DNA from: Leptogorgia sarmentosa
Taxonomy: Eukaryota
Assembly: GCA_964658305.1 (NCBI GenBank)
Contig: OZ210885.1
Coordinates: forward strand, 22,506,001 to 22,570,000
Reading direction: 5' to 3'
DNA: 64,000 bases
The position numbers were made by a program, and so were the translations under genes. Numbering within the stretch: the stretch's first letter is position 1; every line of letters begins with the position of its first letter. Below the pieces are notes generated by a model, which saw only the letters and a list, made by a program, of their open reading frames with translations, had not been told where the DNA came from and ran no database searches. This document shows, piece after piece, positions 1 through 13,086 of this stretch.

Positions 1-1849
1 GATCCAAAACACACAGCTTCTCGACTAGTATAAGGTGGTCTATTAAGTCGAAAGCCTTTCGATAATCAAAAAGTATGGTCCTAACAGTGGCGCCATTACC
101 ATCTGTTTCACTAGCCCAAACATGTACCATATGGATAAGCGCATGAATTGTTAAAGACTTGCGTATTGCACCATATTGATTTGGGTCCAGAATCTTTAAA
201 ACAGCAGGCTTTACATAGTCTTGTACCACAAAGTTTTCAGCAACCTTTGACAGGCATGCTGTTAGAGATATGGGTCTCAAGTGTTTGTTCAAGTTTTCCA
301 CATGTTTTACTTTAGGCAACGGAATTACATTAGCAACTTTCCAAATAGATGGGAGTTTCATTTCTCTAAAAGAAGAGTTAATGATTTTACTCACAGGATA
401 TGCGAGGAGTATGGCAGTAGCCGGGTCGGAATATCATCTGGACCACATGCTTTTGATGGATTTAACTTTGCTAAAGCTACTTGGACTTGTAACTCCGAGA
501 CTTTAGGGTAGACCGCGGATTCTTCTACAGGTAAACGGTTTAGTGGTTGGGGTGATCGATATTCTTCTAATGGGTCAAGAAAAGCTTTATTTATTGCCGC
601 CGCCAATTCCACCTTTGAGACATTCTTGGTGCTTTCGACTTGAATTTGATTAATCAGATTGTCAGTGAAGGATTTAGAGCCGCATAGCCTTTTTACTTCT
701 TTCCACCATACTTTCGGATTTTCTTGTTTCATGTGTTCCACTTTGGAATGATAAAATTTTGCTTTAAGCAATTTCCTTTCACAAATTTACTACGTTTCTA
801 TAAAATTTATACTGTGGTGACTCAGTTCCATATTTGTGAAAGGCATTTTGTCGATTTAGAATTAGAGACTTCACATGTGCGGTCATCCTAGGGGCATCAG
901 TTGTATTTACGCGAATCCGCTTTACCGGCATTAATATGTGAAGCCCCGTGTGCACTACATTATTAAAAACGTACAGCAGATCCTCACATAATATTAAGGA
1001 TGAGAAAAGTATAGGCCAATCAACACCACTAAGATACCTCCCCATCTCAGCCTTTTGACTAGCCCGTTTATCGCGACTGTATACGATTTTAGTTGTATTA
1101 AAATGTTCTCTTTCTTTCCCCTCGACCGTAACTGCATTATGATCTGAGAGACCAAACGGTGGAAACGTACATGGGTTCTCATAATAGTCATGCATATTAG
1201 TTAATATTAGGTCAAGAATTGCGTTTTTCCTTGTTGGTTTTTTAACGATCTGTTTGAGCCGGAAATGTTTTTTGATGGTACTAATATTTAAGCCATTAAA
1301 ATCACCAGCAATGATAACCCCGCAATTTGGGTATGTTGACTCGGCCTGTGCTAAACTTTGGAACAAATGTTCGCGCATATAATCGTTCTCACTTGTTGAC
1401 CAATGAGGATGATAGATAACTGCAACAATAAGGGAGGAAAAACCTCTGGGTAAGCGTTTCGGACATAAGTGAAGCCATAAAATTTCATGATTTTCACAGC
1501 ACGAAAGTGACTCCAATTTTCTACACTTAAAACAATCATTTGTAATATAAATACCAATACCACCATGGCTGTCGGACAAACGATCTCTCCTCATCAACAA
1601 AAATCCAACAATATTCACAACACTGTCTGTAATAGTTGGCCGTAACCAAGTTTCAGTAACCAATGCAATACTGATCTGATTACGGTTAAGGAATTCTTGA
1701 ACTTCTTCGATTTTAGGTACCAAAGACCTAACATTTGTCACCATGATTTTGGGGACGTAATAAATGTTGTTTACACTAATGTCTCCATTTGCTGAAAAGG
1801 AGCTGGGGTTCGGGTTTGGGCAGAAACTTTGTTGAGATGTTCTTTCCAA
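1..1849 (-). pseudogene. LINE ORF2 (APE endonuclease plus reverse transcriptase), frameshifted and partial
   Basis: ORFs 779-1849 and 391-771, plus RT motifs in 1-390. Confidence 0.85.
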
Positions 1850-1874
1850 GATCGTTTCTGTTCGAACAATGCAT

Positions 1875-3361
1875 TCATCCAGAAAAAATTTTGGTGGTGC
1901 CTTTGATACAATCCATTTCGTCTGCGAGGTGGTTCCGAAGGTGCCTTAGAGCGGCTGTCGATCGACTTGGGTTGGTGTTTAAATTCAAAATTGTGACGAT
2001 GGCTTTGATATGATCCATTTTTCCTGTAGGGTAATACCGGAAGAGTGTTGAATTGACTATTTCTTCTAGGTTGACGTTTGACTTTAAAGTGATGTTTTTG
2101 ATACGATCCTTTTCGTCTGTAAGATTGTCCCGAAAATGTCTTAGAATGGAATGGCCTGCATGACTGGCTTGATGCTTATTGCTGTCCTCACTAGCCTGAT
2201 ATTGATGTTTAAATACGTGATTTTGTCTGCTGCGATAATCTTGCAATTGTTTTTCAATTTTTCCAGCTTCTTCCTTGTTGTTTGTATTGCTCGCCTCATC
2301 AATTTTTCCTGCCACTGACAAATGGTCGGCAATTACATGATTTGGGCTTAACTGACGAACAGGATTTATACTTTTCTTAGCTTGGTTTTGACTAAATTTT
2401 TTATGCTTTTGTTTGTACTTCTTTATCTGGTCATCAAAACAAGGGTGTGCAATTTGTATTTTAGGGGGTTGTATAGAAATCGGCGGCTGTTTGGCAATAT
2501 TGGCTGGTTGTTGTTTTAGTCGATACGCTTTCAACTGGTCTTCAAAACAAACAGAGGAAACAACAGTCTGTGATGTTTCCTCGTCCATATCACTATGAAT
2601 TTTTATATGTGATGTGGGGGCCATTTCAAATTGATGCAAATGATTATCCTTTGGCACGTAATTTCCATTTGTAGACACGACATCTACAAGGCTTTCATCC
2701 AACTTGTTGTTGCCAAGGTTGTATTCGATATCAGAATTTCTATTTCTTTCTAACTCGTGAGTTAAGATATTAAGGGTATTGATAAGTAAATTGTTCTCAT
2801 CTCTTAAATGCGCTGTGTCTTCTATCAATCCTTTACATTTGTCTGTTGACAATTTAACACTCCCTAGTTGACTTACAATGCTATCGACTTCAGACTTCAT
2901 TTGACTGATTCTTTGGGTATTTTGGTCGATCATTTGATCATGTTTCGATGGGTGTTTCAATTTGACTATTGCCATTTCTAGTTTAATTCCCTCCATATCT
3001 ATAGATAAATAGCATCATTTTGGCAACATAAAGACGTTATTAATTTCTGTTTAATCGTGCAGTTCGCGTCTTCAAAGCAGAGCGTTTTCTTTTTACTCCA
3101 CCAAGATATAGTTGGAGTATTATTACAGTAGAATGTTTTCTTTTCACCGCCAGGAGATGTCCATTCGCCGTCGAGCTTCAAATATTTGTTTATCATTGAT
3201 TTTAATGATGAAAAATCGCCGGTCCATGCCAGTTTAAGATAATTATCGATTAACGATACATCATAATCATCATTATCCCTCATTTTATCACAGTCTGAGG
3301 AATTATTTAGTGTTAAATTCGAGAATGAATCAGAGCCCAAATTGTTATGTTGCTCCGCCAT
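1875..3361 (-). pseudogene. LINE ORF1 with a coiled coil, frameshifted near 2997
   Basis: ORFs 2999-3361 and 1875-2996 abut and lie directly upstream of the APE ORF; the start context is AAGATGGCGG. Confidence 0.65.
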
Positions 3362-3377
3362 CTTTGATTATCAAAGT

Positions 3378-6300
3378 GTCCGACTTGCCAGAGCGTACTC
3401 CAATCCCTCCACCACGTCTTCGCACGAAGCGCCGCCGTGCGCAAAAATCGGATGAAGGAGATCACTCTAGATAACCTCCCCGCAAGGACTCTCGTAGAAT
3501 ATTGTCCTCTGCAAGTGAGAAATCTCCTTCCTCTGGTTTTCCAGAGGTGGATCAGTCGTTGATGGAGACCGAACCGACAATAGAGGGTAGGCCTTTGCCA
3601 CAGAATGTGCCTCTTCCCCCTTAGGTGTCTCGGCCCGAAGATCTGCCCTTACCTCCTGATGAACAAGTGCAGGGTATTCCCTCACTTGTCATCGATCTCC
3701 CAATAGACGATTCTGCAACGGAAATGGCAAACGAACTTTCCGACTCCCTCTTAAATTCATACGCCCCGGCGGGTGCTAGCTTGTCTGAAACAGCTAGCCC
3801 CTTGATTAATAATAGACCAGAAGCAACTTCAGCTTCTGAAGAAACTCTTTTTCTGCAACGCTTTTTCTCCGAAGGCGGTGCCCCCTTCCGATGATGGGTC
3901 GGAAAGTTGTTTTTAGCAAGTGTCTTGCTAACATAGTATCATAGTAACATAGTAATATAGTAACATAGTAATATAGAAAAGTAATAGAATTATATAGTAC
4001 ATCTCCCAAACAATCAAGATGGATAAGCAACAATTATCTCTCATAACCTTAAATGTCCAGGGATTGCATAATCCCCGAAATCGGAAAACCTTTTTCTCCT
4101 GGCTTAATTGTGCCAAGCCAGACATCATTGCTCTTCAGGAGACACATTGTCGCTCGGTTGAAGAGTTTCAATCCTGGCTAGCGACTGAATCACGTGAAAA
4201 AAACAATCTGCAACATTATCTCGTAGAATCTTCTCCGGGCTCTATACGTAGGCTTCGACGGTCGTCTTATAGTAGCCTGCTTTAAGCACATCAACCTGGA
4301 ATCTGTGTTTCAGGTTGTAAATATCTATGGTCCGAATAAAAAAACTACTGGTATAGATTTTTTTGCTTCCTTACATCAGAGGATGAATCCAGCCCTTCCC
4401 ACAATTTTGTGTGGGGATTTCAATGTCGCCGTTGACCCACATGTCGACTGTTTAGGGTGCAATCCAGATTCTCCCTGGGCTTATAGCTGGCCTGCACCTC
4501 TTTCTTCTTTAACTAATAGGTGTGATCTAGTTGACACCTGGCGTTTACACCATCCAAATGAGCAAGCATATACATGGCAACGAGCCAATGGATTCCAGGC
4601 ATCCAGATTGGATATGTTTTGGACTTCTTCCTTGCACAAACATGTCTCCGAGGTGTCTATCCTTCCTTTTTTCCATTCAGATCATTCGTACGTTTTTCTC
4701 CGAGTGGCCTTTCCGGCTTTGCCTGAACGAGGTCCGGGGGTGTGGAAACTGAATACCTCATTATTGCACGATGAAACTCTGTGCGCTGAGGTCCGTTCTT
4801 TATGGGTTTCGTGGCGGTCTGAAAAAGATACCTTTCCGTCCTTGGCCGTTTGGTGGGATGCGGGCAAGGCTCGTTTGAAGGATAAGATTCGTCATTTCTC
4901 TCGTGGCAAGGCTAAGTCACGGCGGTCAAACGTACATAATTTAGAAACTACCCTAGAACATCTTCACCGGCGGGAAGCCAACAGTGATGATGTAGCACAC
5001 CTTATAAAAGATACTAAGGATAAACTCGAACTAGAACATCTATATGCAGCGGAAGGTGCGCGCATTCGAGGCAAAGAGCAGTGGGCCGAGGAAGGCGAAA
5101 CTTCTTCTGCCTTTTTCTTCCGACAGGAGAAAGTGAGGGCATCACGCCGTTTATTTACTGGCATTCGCGATGGACGCGGTACTATAGAAAGATCTGTTTC
5201 CGCCATTTTACGAGTTTGGTGCCTTTTTTATGTTCAACTTTTTTCTGCTTCTCTTTTATCTCCCCCGGTTGAATCCTTTTTCATCAATAGTTTAGATAAA
5301 TCTCTTTCTTCTCAAGAAGCCCAGCTTTGTGAAGGAGAGGTCACATTAACTGAATGCCAGCGAGCATTGAATTCCTTCAAGCATAACAAGTGTCCGGGTC
5401 TTGACGGTTTACCATATGAATTCTACCAGTCCTTTTCAGACATTTTGGGACCTGACTTAGTAGCAGTATATAATGATTGCATGGCACGGGGTGCTCTTTC
5501 TTTTTCACAGCGAACTGGGTTAATCTCGCTCCTCTTTAAGAAAAACGACCGCTTGGACGTCAAGAATTGGCGGCCCATTTCCCTCTTATGTGCACATTAT
5601 AAAATTTTATTTAAGGTGCTTACCAACTGCCTTAAAGTGGTATTATCTTCTGTTATCTCAGAATCACAAGCTTGTGGTGTACCTGGACGGTTTTCCGGGC
5701 TGAATGTTAGGGCATTGCAAGATGTAGTTAACTTCTGTAATCACCACAATACTGGAGGGGCCATTATTTCTTTAGATCAAGAGAAGGCTTTTGATCGAGT
5801 TGATTGGGGGTTTATGTTACACACTTTGGATAAGATGCATTTTGGTCCGTCCTTTTGTGCATGGGTCAAACTCCTGTACACCAACATTTTTCTCGCGTCT
5901 TAGTTAATGGTTTTGTGAGCGATGCCTTTGCCATTACTCGCGGCGTTCGTCAAGGGTGTCCTCTTTCTCCCTTGCTATATATAATTGTGGCGGAACCATT
6001 TCAAATGCAATAAAAAAGGACCTCAATATTGACGGTTTCCAAATGTTCAATGGAGAGACCATCAAAATTTTTCAGTATGCCGACGATACTTCAATTATAG
6101 TTCACTCTGAGCAGGCCCTGCAGTCGCTTTTCTTTCTTTTTGAAAAATATGAACGAGCGTCAAGTGCAAAATTGAATATAGCTAAAAGCCATGGTCTTCT
6201 TTTTGGATCTTGGAAGAATAGAGTTGACCTTCTCGTACAGCTCAATTAGTCCAGTGACACCATAACTGTGTAGTAGCGAAATTAGAACAGCAATTGTCAA

Positions 6301-6862
6301 TATGGAAACAGCGTCAGTTGTCTTTTAGGGGCTGAGCGCTTATTGTAAATATCTTGGGGCTGTCGCTCTTCTGGTACCAAGCGACAATTTTTGACCTACC
6401 AAAAATGACCATATCTAAAATCAGTAAAATAATTTTTCCATTTGTTTGGGGAAAAAAGCGCGAATGGATGGCACATACATCTGTGGTCCCCCCATCGGAG
6501 ACGGTGGATTAAACATTGTAGACATCTCAAATAAGATCTTGTCCATTCGTGCCGTTTGGCTCCGTCGCTTTTTTGCCAACCACATGCACCCATGGTCCTG
6601 CTTCTTTTCCCACCATATCGAGTTGGTGTTTGGTCAGTCGGTTGCAGATCTTCTGGCTCGGGATCCGATCCCAGCCTACTTAATTAAAAAACTTCCCTAT
6701 GCTATAGGGGTGTACTTTCCGTGTGTCTCTCTAAACGGCCGAAACGAACAGGGCGTATGAGTCGTCCCTCGCCCTTCAGGGCAATTGCTTCCCATTACCG
6801 AGCTGACCGCTCGTACTGGGTATTCCTTACTCCGGCGCTCCTCAGCCGTTGAACATCGTCGC
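3378..6862 (+). mobile_element. Tx1-clade LINE (family B), 5'-truncated and degenerate
   Basis: ORF1 tail (MANELSDSLL..FFSEGG); ORF2 from 4019 with APE (TLNVQGL, LQETH, CGDFN, SRLD, SDH) and RT (KCPGLDGLP, WRPISLL, LDQEKAFDRV, FQYADD, GGL). Confidence 0.9.
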
Positions 6863-7148
6863 ATGGCCAGCTGCGCAAAATATAGAGACCACATGACTGA
6901 TGTGAATTTTCGCCACTCATCACAATACTGCAAAGTTTCTTTGAAACTTTGCACTAAAAACTGCAACATTTTACATACAAACTCTGAAATTTTTCAAACT
7001 AATGTTACATGTAAAATAAATAGTAAGAATAGAAAAATCTAATCGTTTTTTATTGTTCTGCTTGCACATGCATGCATGGCTACCACATTAAGTATACTTT
7101 CGGTATTTTTTAAAGCTAGCTTCTTCTTAGGTTTCACTATGCAAATAT

Positions 7149-7270
7149 CGTAAACCTCCGAATATAAGCCCTGGGCTTATATAGTTTTGTAAGCATTTTT
7201 TAGTGGGCTTATACACAGGCGGAGCTTATATACTGGGGGAGGGGGCCTTATACATGGACGAAATTTTGTG
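7149..7270. mobile_element. MITE remnant with ATAAGCCC/GGGCTTATA repeats
   Basis: The palindrome tataagccc-t-gggcttata is followed by three further (g/c)cttata motifs; no paired end was found. Confidence 0.4.
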
Positions 7271-7363
7271 AATAGAAAAATTCTTAAAAAGAGAATTTCA
7301 AACAGACTGGTTTATGACTTTCAAATTCGAACTACTGTGGCAGTCCTCAATCTTTTGCTTCCA

Positions 7364-7532
7364 GGCATGCTCAAAGTGCGGTCACAAACAACCAAATGCT
7401 CGTAAAATGTGCAAGAATGTGGAGTGTGGCGAAATGTTTCAAAAGAAATCAAATCCGGATCAATATTGGGAAGACATAGCTAAAAAGGGGATGGTAAACG
7501 TAACCACACAAAAGGAGAAGCTGCAGTACAGA
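7364..7532 (+). CDS. Orphan exon encoding a CxxC..C..C zinc ribbon, probably a transposon accessory gene
   Basis: Acceptor ttttgcttccag and donor gtatgt; peptide ACSKCGHKQPNARKMCKNVECGEMF. Confidence 0.45.
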
Positions 7533-7749
7533 GTATGTGTAATAAATTTACACATGTTTTAACCACTGAGCTATAAGAATACTGGAGGAAGCGCACATAC
7601 CTTTTCTCTAATAAAAAAGTGAAGCCAAAATAATGGCTGATTATGCCATTTTCTGACGCCATTTTCTGACGCCATCTCCATGACAACTGGTCCGAGAACC
7701 TCACAGAATTACCACTGACCAACCGCGATTCTAAGCATTTAACAGAGTC

Positions 7750-8074
7750 TGTAGCAACGGTCTATAATATTTTTCGCCGGATAAATCACTCGCCACAATC
7801 TTGGTCTTTATTTACGACAGCGATAGCGGTTCTATAAATTAATTTACGAATTGCTAGATATACTAAATAACAAACAAATATACAATAGATAGTTACTAGA
7901 TCGGTTATACCTTTATTGAAGGCTCCTTCCGAACTCTAAGTCTTCTTGGATGTTTCGTACTTGAGCACAGGCAAACGATGACTAAAATTCTCTTAGAGTA
8001 AGCATGCAAACTACCTTTTATACTATCTTATGCTAATTTATTATAACTAATTTATCCCTAATTTCATAATTACA
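7750..8074 (-). mobile_element. Solo LTR (325 bp)
   Basis: TGTA...TACA ends with a 5-bp TSD GAGTC (7745-7749, 8075-8079); minus-strand TATAAAA near 8020 and AATAAA near 7915. Confidence 0.75.
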
Positions 8075-9343
8075 GAGTCATTCACCCTCCTGAAAGTATT
8101 TTGATTTTTCTGCTTTTGTTATCAAATAACACTGCCGAAAAGGGCTCAAAGTTACTGGTATTACTGTTGTAAATCTTCGTACTTTCCTTTTATAACGTTT
8201 TAATAGAACTAACTAACTTAAAAATGTTAACAGATAATTATACTAATAGCCTAATTAATTAACCATGCATATAATCGTTTGTTCTTTTCTAATTATTTAA
8301 AAACCTAATCAAATGTTCACCACTTAATGTTAAATGCCTCTGGAGGCCTAATTAGTCTGCCTGAGTGCATTCGTACAACTGTTTTTATACTGGTATTTGG
8401 ATCATACTATCATACAAAATACTGCATTTACCGGTAAGAGTCTATAAAACGTTTTTTGGGGGCCTCCGAGTTTGGCACCTTTTTTACAAGCCTGCTGGTC
8501 ATAGGATTTTGAATTCTCCATTGACGAGCGAAAGTTTACCTGAAGACAAAACAGTATTCAGTGATGCACTTTACATAATACTCTGATTAGTGCAACACTC
8601 ATTCATTGTTTGTGTTGTGCTACCATTTTCAGTACTCGTTTAACAGTGACACATGGACAGGTTTTAATTTTGAAATAGTAGTGTCAACATTAATTTTTTA
8701 CATGCATAAAATACCATTCTTTACACATAATTCTTTTGAACATTTTAAAATTGTGATGACCTTCCAGATAAATCTTTTCAAAAAAAGGAAAAGCCTGAAA
8801 TATGCTTACAGGAAAGCAACACAATTTGTACACGGAAACTTGTTTGTTTAGAGCTGGTCTAGATCACACCAATTGAATATAAACCAATATATGTTGGTGT
8901 ACACAAAGATCCATGAAAAGATGAATTCTGAAGCTGAGTACACTGGAAAGAGTTTTTCTAAGTTCAAGTATCACTGACAAAATCAAACCATTATTATTAA
9001 GCTGCAATGGGCACTGATGCACCATAAAATATCTATAAAATTATTGGAGAGATTGATTTTGGAACTGGAAACTGAGAGGCTGTCTGCAAACTTGTCTAGC
9101 TGTATAATTCAGACACACTGAGTTACAAGCCATGGCCACATAAATGTGACCTCTTAGTTAAAATGTGACACAAATAAATAGACCCCTTCAGACCTCTTCT
9201 CTGACACATTGTAAATGTCTGTGAGTGCAATGACTATTTCTCACTTAGGGCAATGCAAGATGAATATGGACAACACCTTTGAATTTTGAAGATTTATGGT
9301 GAATTGGTTTCTTAAAGATAAACCACTTCTAGAGACCTGGATA

Positions 9344-9680
9344 CAGGGCCGGATTAACATCGCGCAGGGCCTGTGGAAAATGTTCAGCGCTGGGCCCCTC
9401 ACACATATTTGTTGAATTATATTTTTCTGGTCATATTACTGCAATTTCAGGGCCCCTGAAATCAGGGGTGTAGGAACGGTTTGAAATTTGGGGGGGGGGG
9501 GGGGGGCAATGACACGAGAAGCCACCATGGTTGGCATTGAGCAAGAAAATATTGAGAATTTAGAGCCTCTAGATCGCCGGAAACGGCCATTTCATAGTGT
9601 TGTTTCACCGCGAAGGCCACAAAATAATTTCAATACGCGAACGGTGAGTATTAAATTAAGTTTAAATGTGCGACGTACAA
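9344..9680. mobile_element. Nested hAT-type MITE left ends
   Basis: CAGGGCCGGATTAA at 9344 and CAGGGGTGTAG followed by a G-run at 9463. Confidence 0.5.
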
Positions 9681-9681
9681 A

Positions 9682-9825
9682 GGCCCCAAATTGACACGCA
9701 AACCAAGGGGCCTAAATTGACACGCAAACCAGGGGCCCGAAATTGACACGCAAACCAGGGGGCCCCAAATTGACACGCAAACCAGGTGGGCCCAAGTTCA
9801 TGTGCAAACAGAGGGCCCCAAATTA
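9682..9825. repeat. Minisatellite, 26-28-bp unit, about 5 copies
   Basis: Unit ggccccaaattgacacgcaaaccagg. Confidence 0.9.
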
Positions 9826-10159
9826 AATTGTCATGCGAAACACGGGGGGAATCTACATCTACATATAATTAAGTCGGTAAAATCTACAAATGATATCACA
9901 CCAACTATTTAAAACTAGGAGTTACTATCGCAAGGAAAAGTGCTGTCGTAACGCACAAACTGTAAAATTCCTGCTGGGTCATAAAATACCTGTCTACTTT
10001 TGAAACTGTTTAATACGAAGTCAAAATAATTGCATAATGTAATAAATATAGCCGAGTTTTCAAAAGCCTGGGCAAGATGCATTTTTAAGTCATACGATCG
10101 ATGACAGAAGTGAAATGTGATACAGCTACTTCAATTAGTTGTCGCGACAATAGACAATA

Positions 10160-10340
10160 GGGCCAATATACGAGGAAGAATAAGCCGCGGCTAAAATAAG
10201 TCGCGAACGTCTGTATAATAAACGAACAATTTCTTTGCGAATAAGCCGCGGCTAATTTTTGCCCAGGGTTCGTGAAATACTGTATAAAAGATTACGTTCG
10301 TGACTTATTTTAGCCGCGGTCTTTTCTTCCTAGTATAAAT
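10160..10340. mobile_element. MITE with TIRs of about 45 bp, possibly PIF/Harbinger-type
   Basis: tatacgaggaagaataagccgcggctaaaataagtcgcgaacgt pairs with acgttcgtgacttattttagccgcggtcttttcttcctagtata. Confidence 0.7.
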
Positions 10341-11195
10341 AACGTTAATAGTCAATGTAAAATGTACAATATACAATACACGAAAGGAATACCAGAAATT
10401 CTGGCTATAAAAGTTGTCTAGAGGCAGCATTGATACGGAGAACTCATAGATTACGCTTTATCTACTACAGTTCCTCCGTTATTCCTTTCACGTAATTGGG
10501 ACATATTTTCACGTTGAAATTTCCGATCATTTGTGTAAATTGTAAAACATGAGCACATGGAAGGAAACCTGCGTGCGTACAAGGTATTTTACGTGATCAT
10601 TCACTCCCCCACATACTCATCTGTCCACTGTCATCCCGGAAATGGGGGCACCGAGAGAGGGTCGACTTTTCGACAATACATAGTTCGGCGCAGAAGACTG
10701 GGTCCAGTGACGTCAAGAATAGTGTGCTGCGAATATTTCTGCGTTCAAAAACCGTGAAAACATCATGCCATTATTCATTTTGTAAGGAAATGAATAATGG
10801 CATAATGACAAAGTAGGGGTAAAACGTGGATACAGATATAGCTGATACGAATAGAATGGCAGATAAGGAGAAATATGGGTAAAGGATAAAAGCGAATTAA
10901 GGCAATCAGCGTTTTATCGCGGTTCCCCATATCCGTATTTTCTTATCCGCGTTTTATCCTCCTTTCCACCCGTTTCTCCCCTACATTTCCTCCTCTACCC
11001 CACTGAGCTATATTATTAATCTGGAGATCAGTCTCTCCACTGAAAGGTGTCGCCAAAAACATCGCGGATTTTACGTCACACGTCCCCTATTCTCATGATG
11101 GTAATTACTGACCACAGTTGAAGCACAGAGTATATACATACAGAGTTGTAACTGTTGTACCCACTATTTTTGTGCGCATGCTCGGCAAGTCACTA

Positions 11196-13086
11196 CACCT
11201 TTTCCAGGTCATTTTCAGACAATTCAAGATGAAATTCAAATATTTTCAGATAATATTCAGTTTAGACAAATGAATTTCAGAACTTTATAACTGATATTCA
11301 AATTTTCCAAATGAAATTCATATATTTCCAAATGATTGCAAATATGTCAGGTAAATTTCAGATTAGTCCAAAAGAAATTCAGATTCTCCATAACAAAATC
11401 AGATATTTGCAATTGAAATTCAAACATTAACAAGTACACTTCAGGGAATTCCAAATAAAATTCAGACATGCTCAATCTGTCTATTCCTTTAGAATTACAG
11501 GGATTAATACCTGTGTGCAGATAAGCAAGAAAATACCGTAGGAAATTACATGCAAATTCAACAACGATAGGTTAGGTTTAAAAAGAGCTGTAGTTCTGGT
11601 CGGCAAGCAGACGAAAATACAACGTTGGACGGCAAATCTCCTACTTGTAACAATGCCTCGTGGTCCTTATCGTCGAACATTGTCCACAGATAGAAGTAGA
11701 ATAGTACGAGCGGCTAATGACGGTGGTAACTGGAGACAACTTGCAGAACAACTCGGAGTAAATCAAAGCACAGCTTATACATGGATTCGTGAAGGCCGCG
11801 ACGAACCAAAGAAGAAAGGGGGAAGACAGAGAAAGTGTACAGATGCACAAATCGACGTTCTTGTTGACATGATTGAACGGGATCCTACGCCGACTTTGAG
11901 GCAATTGTCAGGAAGAACCCTGCCAGAATTTGGAGTCCATGTCAGCCCATCAACTATCAACAATTATTTGGAAGGGAGACTCATAACTTTAAAAAAGGCA
12001 CATGCTATTCCAGCTACTATGAACACGGACGCCAACAAAGAACTGCGAAGACAGTATGTTGAACGGGTCAGTAAGTGCATGAGAGATGGAAAGACCATTA
12101 TTTGGATAGATGAGACAAACCTTAACCTGTTTTGCCGTAGAAGTCAAGGGAGAGCACGTATTGGTAAACGAGCAGTTATGGTGCTCCCGACCTCAAAGGG
12201 GCCAAACATTCATGTTATCTGTGCATTGTCAGCCTATCAGATGATATACATGACCAGACGTCGTGGAGCGTTTAAATCCGATATTGCAAAGGCTTGGTTG
12301 CTAGAAATGCTGGACAATCTCCCTCCTGGAACTGCAGTCGACTCAGTTGTTGTTGTTTGTGACAATGCTCCATGTCATAGTAAGTTTGAAGAATGTTTGA
12401 TTGAAAAACCAGGCTTAACTATCTGTCGTCTGGGGCCGTATTCCCCAATGTTGAATCCTGTCGAGACCATATGGAGTAAAATGAAAGCAGAGGTGAAACA
12501 GCAAATGCGTGTTCCTGAAGTTCGGCCACCAGGAGTGGGAGAGCAACGCCTTCAATATGTGGAAGCGTTAATTGATGATGCGATGGGTCCGATTACCGTA
12601 CAGGATATCGTGAATTCATGCCAGCATTCTCAAGGCTTTTTCCAGCATGCCTTTAACCTGGAAGACATGAATGTAGGAGCATGAAACTTTCATGTGGTTG
12701 TACATATGCTTCTGCTCAAGCATATCATGCTATTTGTTAGATTGTATGTAGAAAAGAATTTTTGTGTGTAAGAATTATGTAATAAAAATGCATGAATGAA
12801 GGTAATGGTAAAAAGTCTTGAATTCAAAATGAATGAGTCTGAAATCATTATGAATTGTGTGAAATTGTGTTGCATTATCTGAAGTTTACTTAAACATTTC
12901 TGAAATTCACTTGCACTTCTGCACCTTCATTTCCATAACCTGAAATTCATTTGAACACTTTTGAAATGAATGTGTCAATGTCTGAAATAGACTTGCATTA
13001 ACTGAACCTCACTTGCAAATGTCTGAAATTGACCTGCGTTTTCTGAAATTCGTTTAGAAATCACTGAAAATGACCTGGAAAAGGTG
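11196..13086 (+). mobile_element. Full-length IS630/Tc1-type DNA transposon
   Basis: Perfect 23-bp TIR CACCTTTTCCAGGTCATTTTCAG, TA TSD on both sides, intact transposase. Confidence 0.95.
11653..12684 (+). CDS. DDE transposase of the IS630-Tc1-mariner superfamily (DD33E)
   Basis: N-terminal HTH; motifs WIDET, CDNAPCH and YSPMLNPVE, with 33 residues between the second D and the E. Confidence 0.95.
   Translation: MPRGPYRRTLSTDRSRIVRAANDGGNWRQLAEQLGVNQSTAYTWIREGRDEPKKKGGRQRKCTDAQIDVLVDMIERDPTPTLRQLSGRTLPEFGVHVSPSTINNYLEGRLITLKKAHAIPATMNTDANKELRRQYVERVSKCMRDGKTIIWIDETNLNLFCRRSQGRARIGKRAVMVLPTSKGPNIHVICALSAYQMIYMTRRRGAFKSDIAKAWLLEMLDNLPPGTAVDSVVVVCDNAPCHSKFEECLIEKPGLTICRLGPYSPMLNPVETIWSKMKAEVKQQMRVPEVRPPGVGEQRLQYVEALIDDAMGPITVQDIVNSCQHSQGFFQHAFNLEDMNVGA

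Larger units (their letters stand above)
1..3376 (-). mobile_element. CR1/L2-group non-LTR retrotransposon, degenerate; RT runs off the left edge
   Basis: ORF1 at 1875-3361 is followed by an APE endonuclease (ALVTETWL, IAGDFN, LDLILTN, LSDH), the RT entry motif KACGPDDIP, and DYRKAFDLIDH at about 30-70 on the minus strand. Confidence 0.85.

Noticed and set aside
3362..3376. 15-bp palindrome CTTTGATtATCAAAG at the LINE 5' junction
   Set aside because: Too short to distinguish a fold-back junction from chance.
11653..12684. Bacterial IS630 contamination
   Set aside because: It is cleanly nested with a TA TSD inside a eukaryotic MITE and has TATA-like and AATAAA signals.
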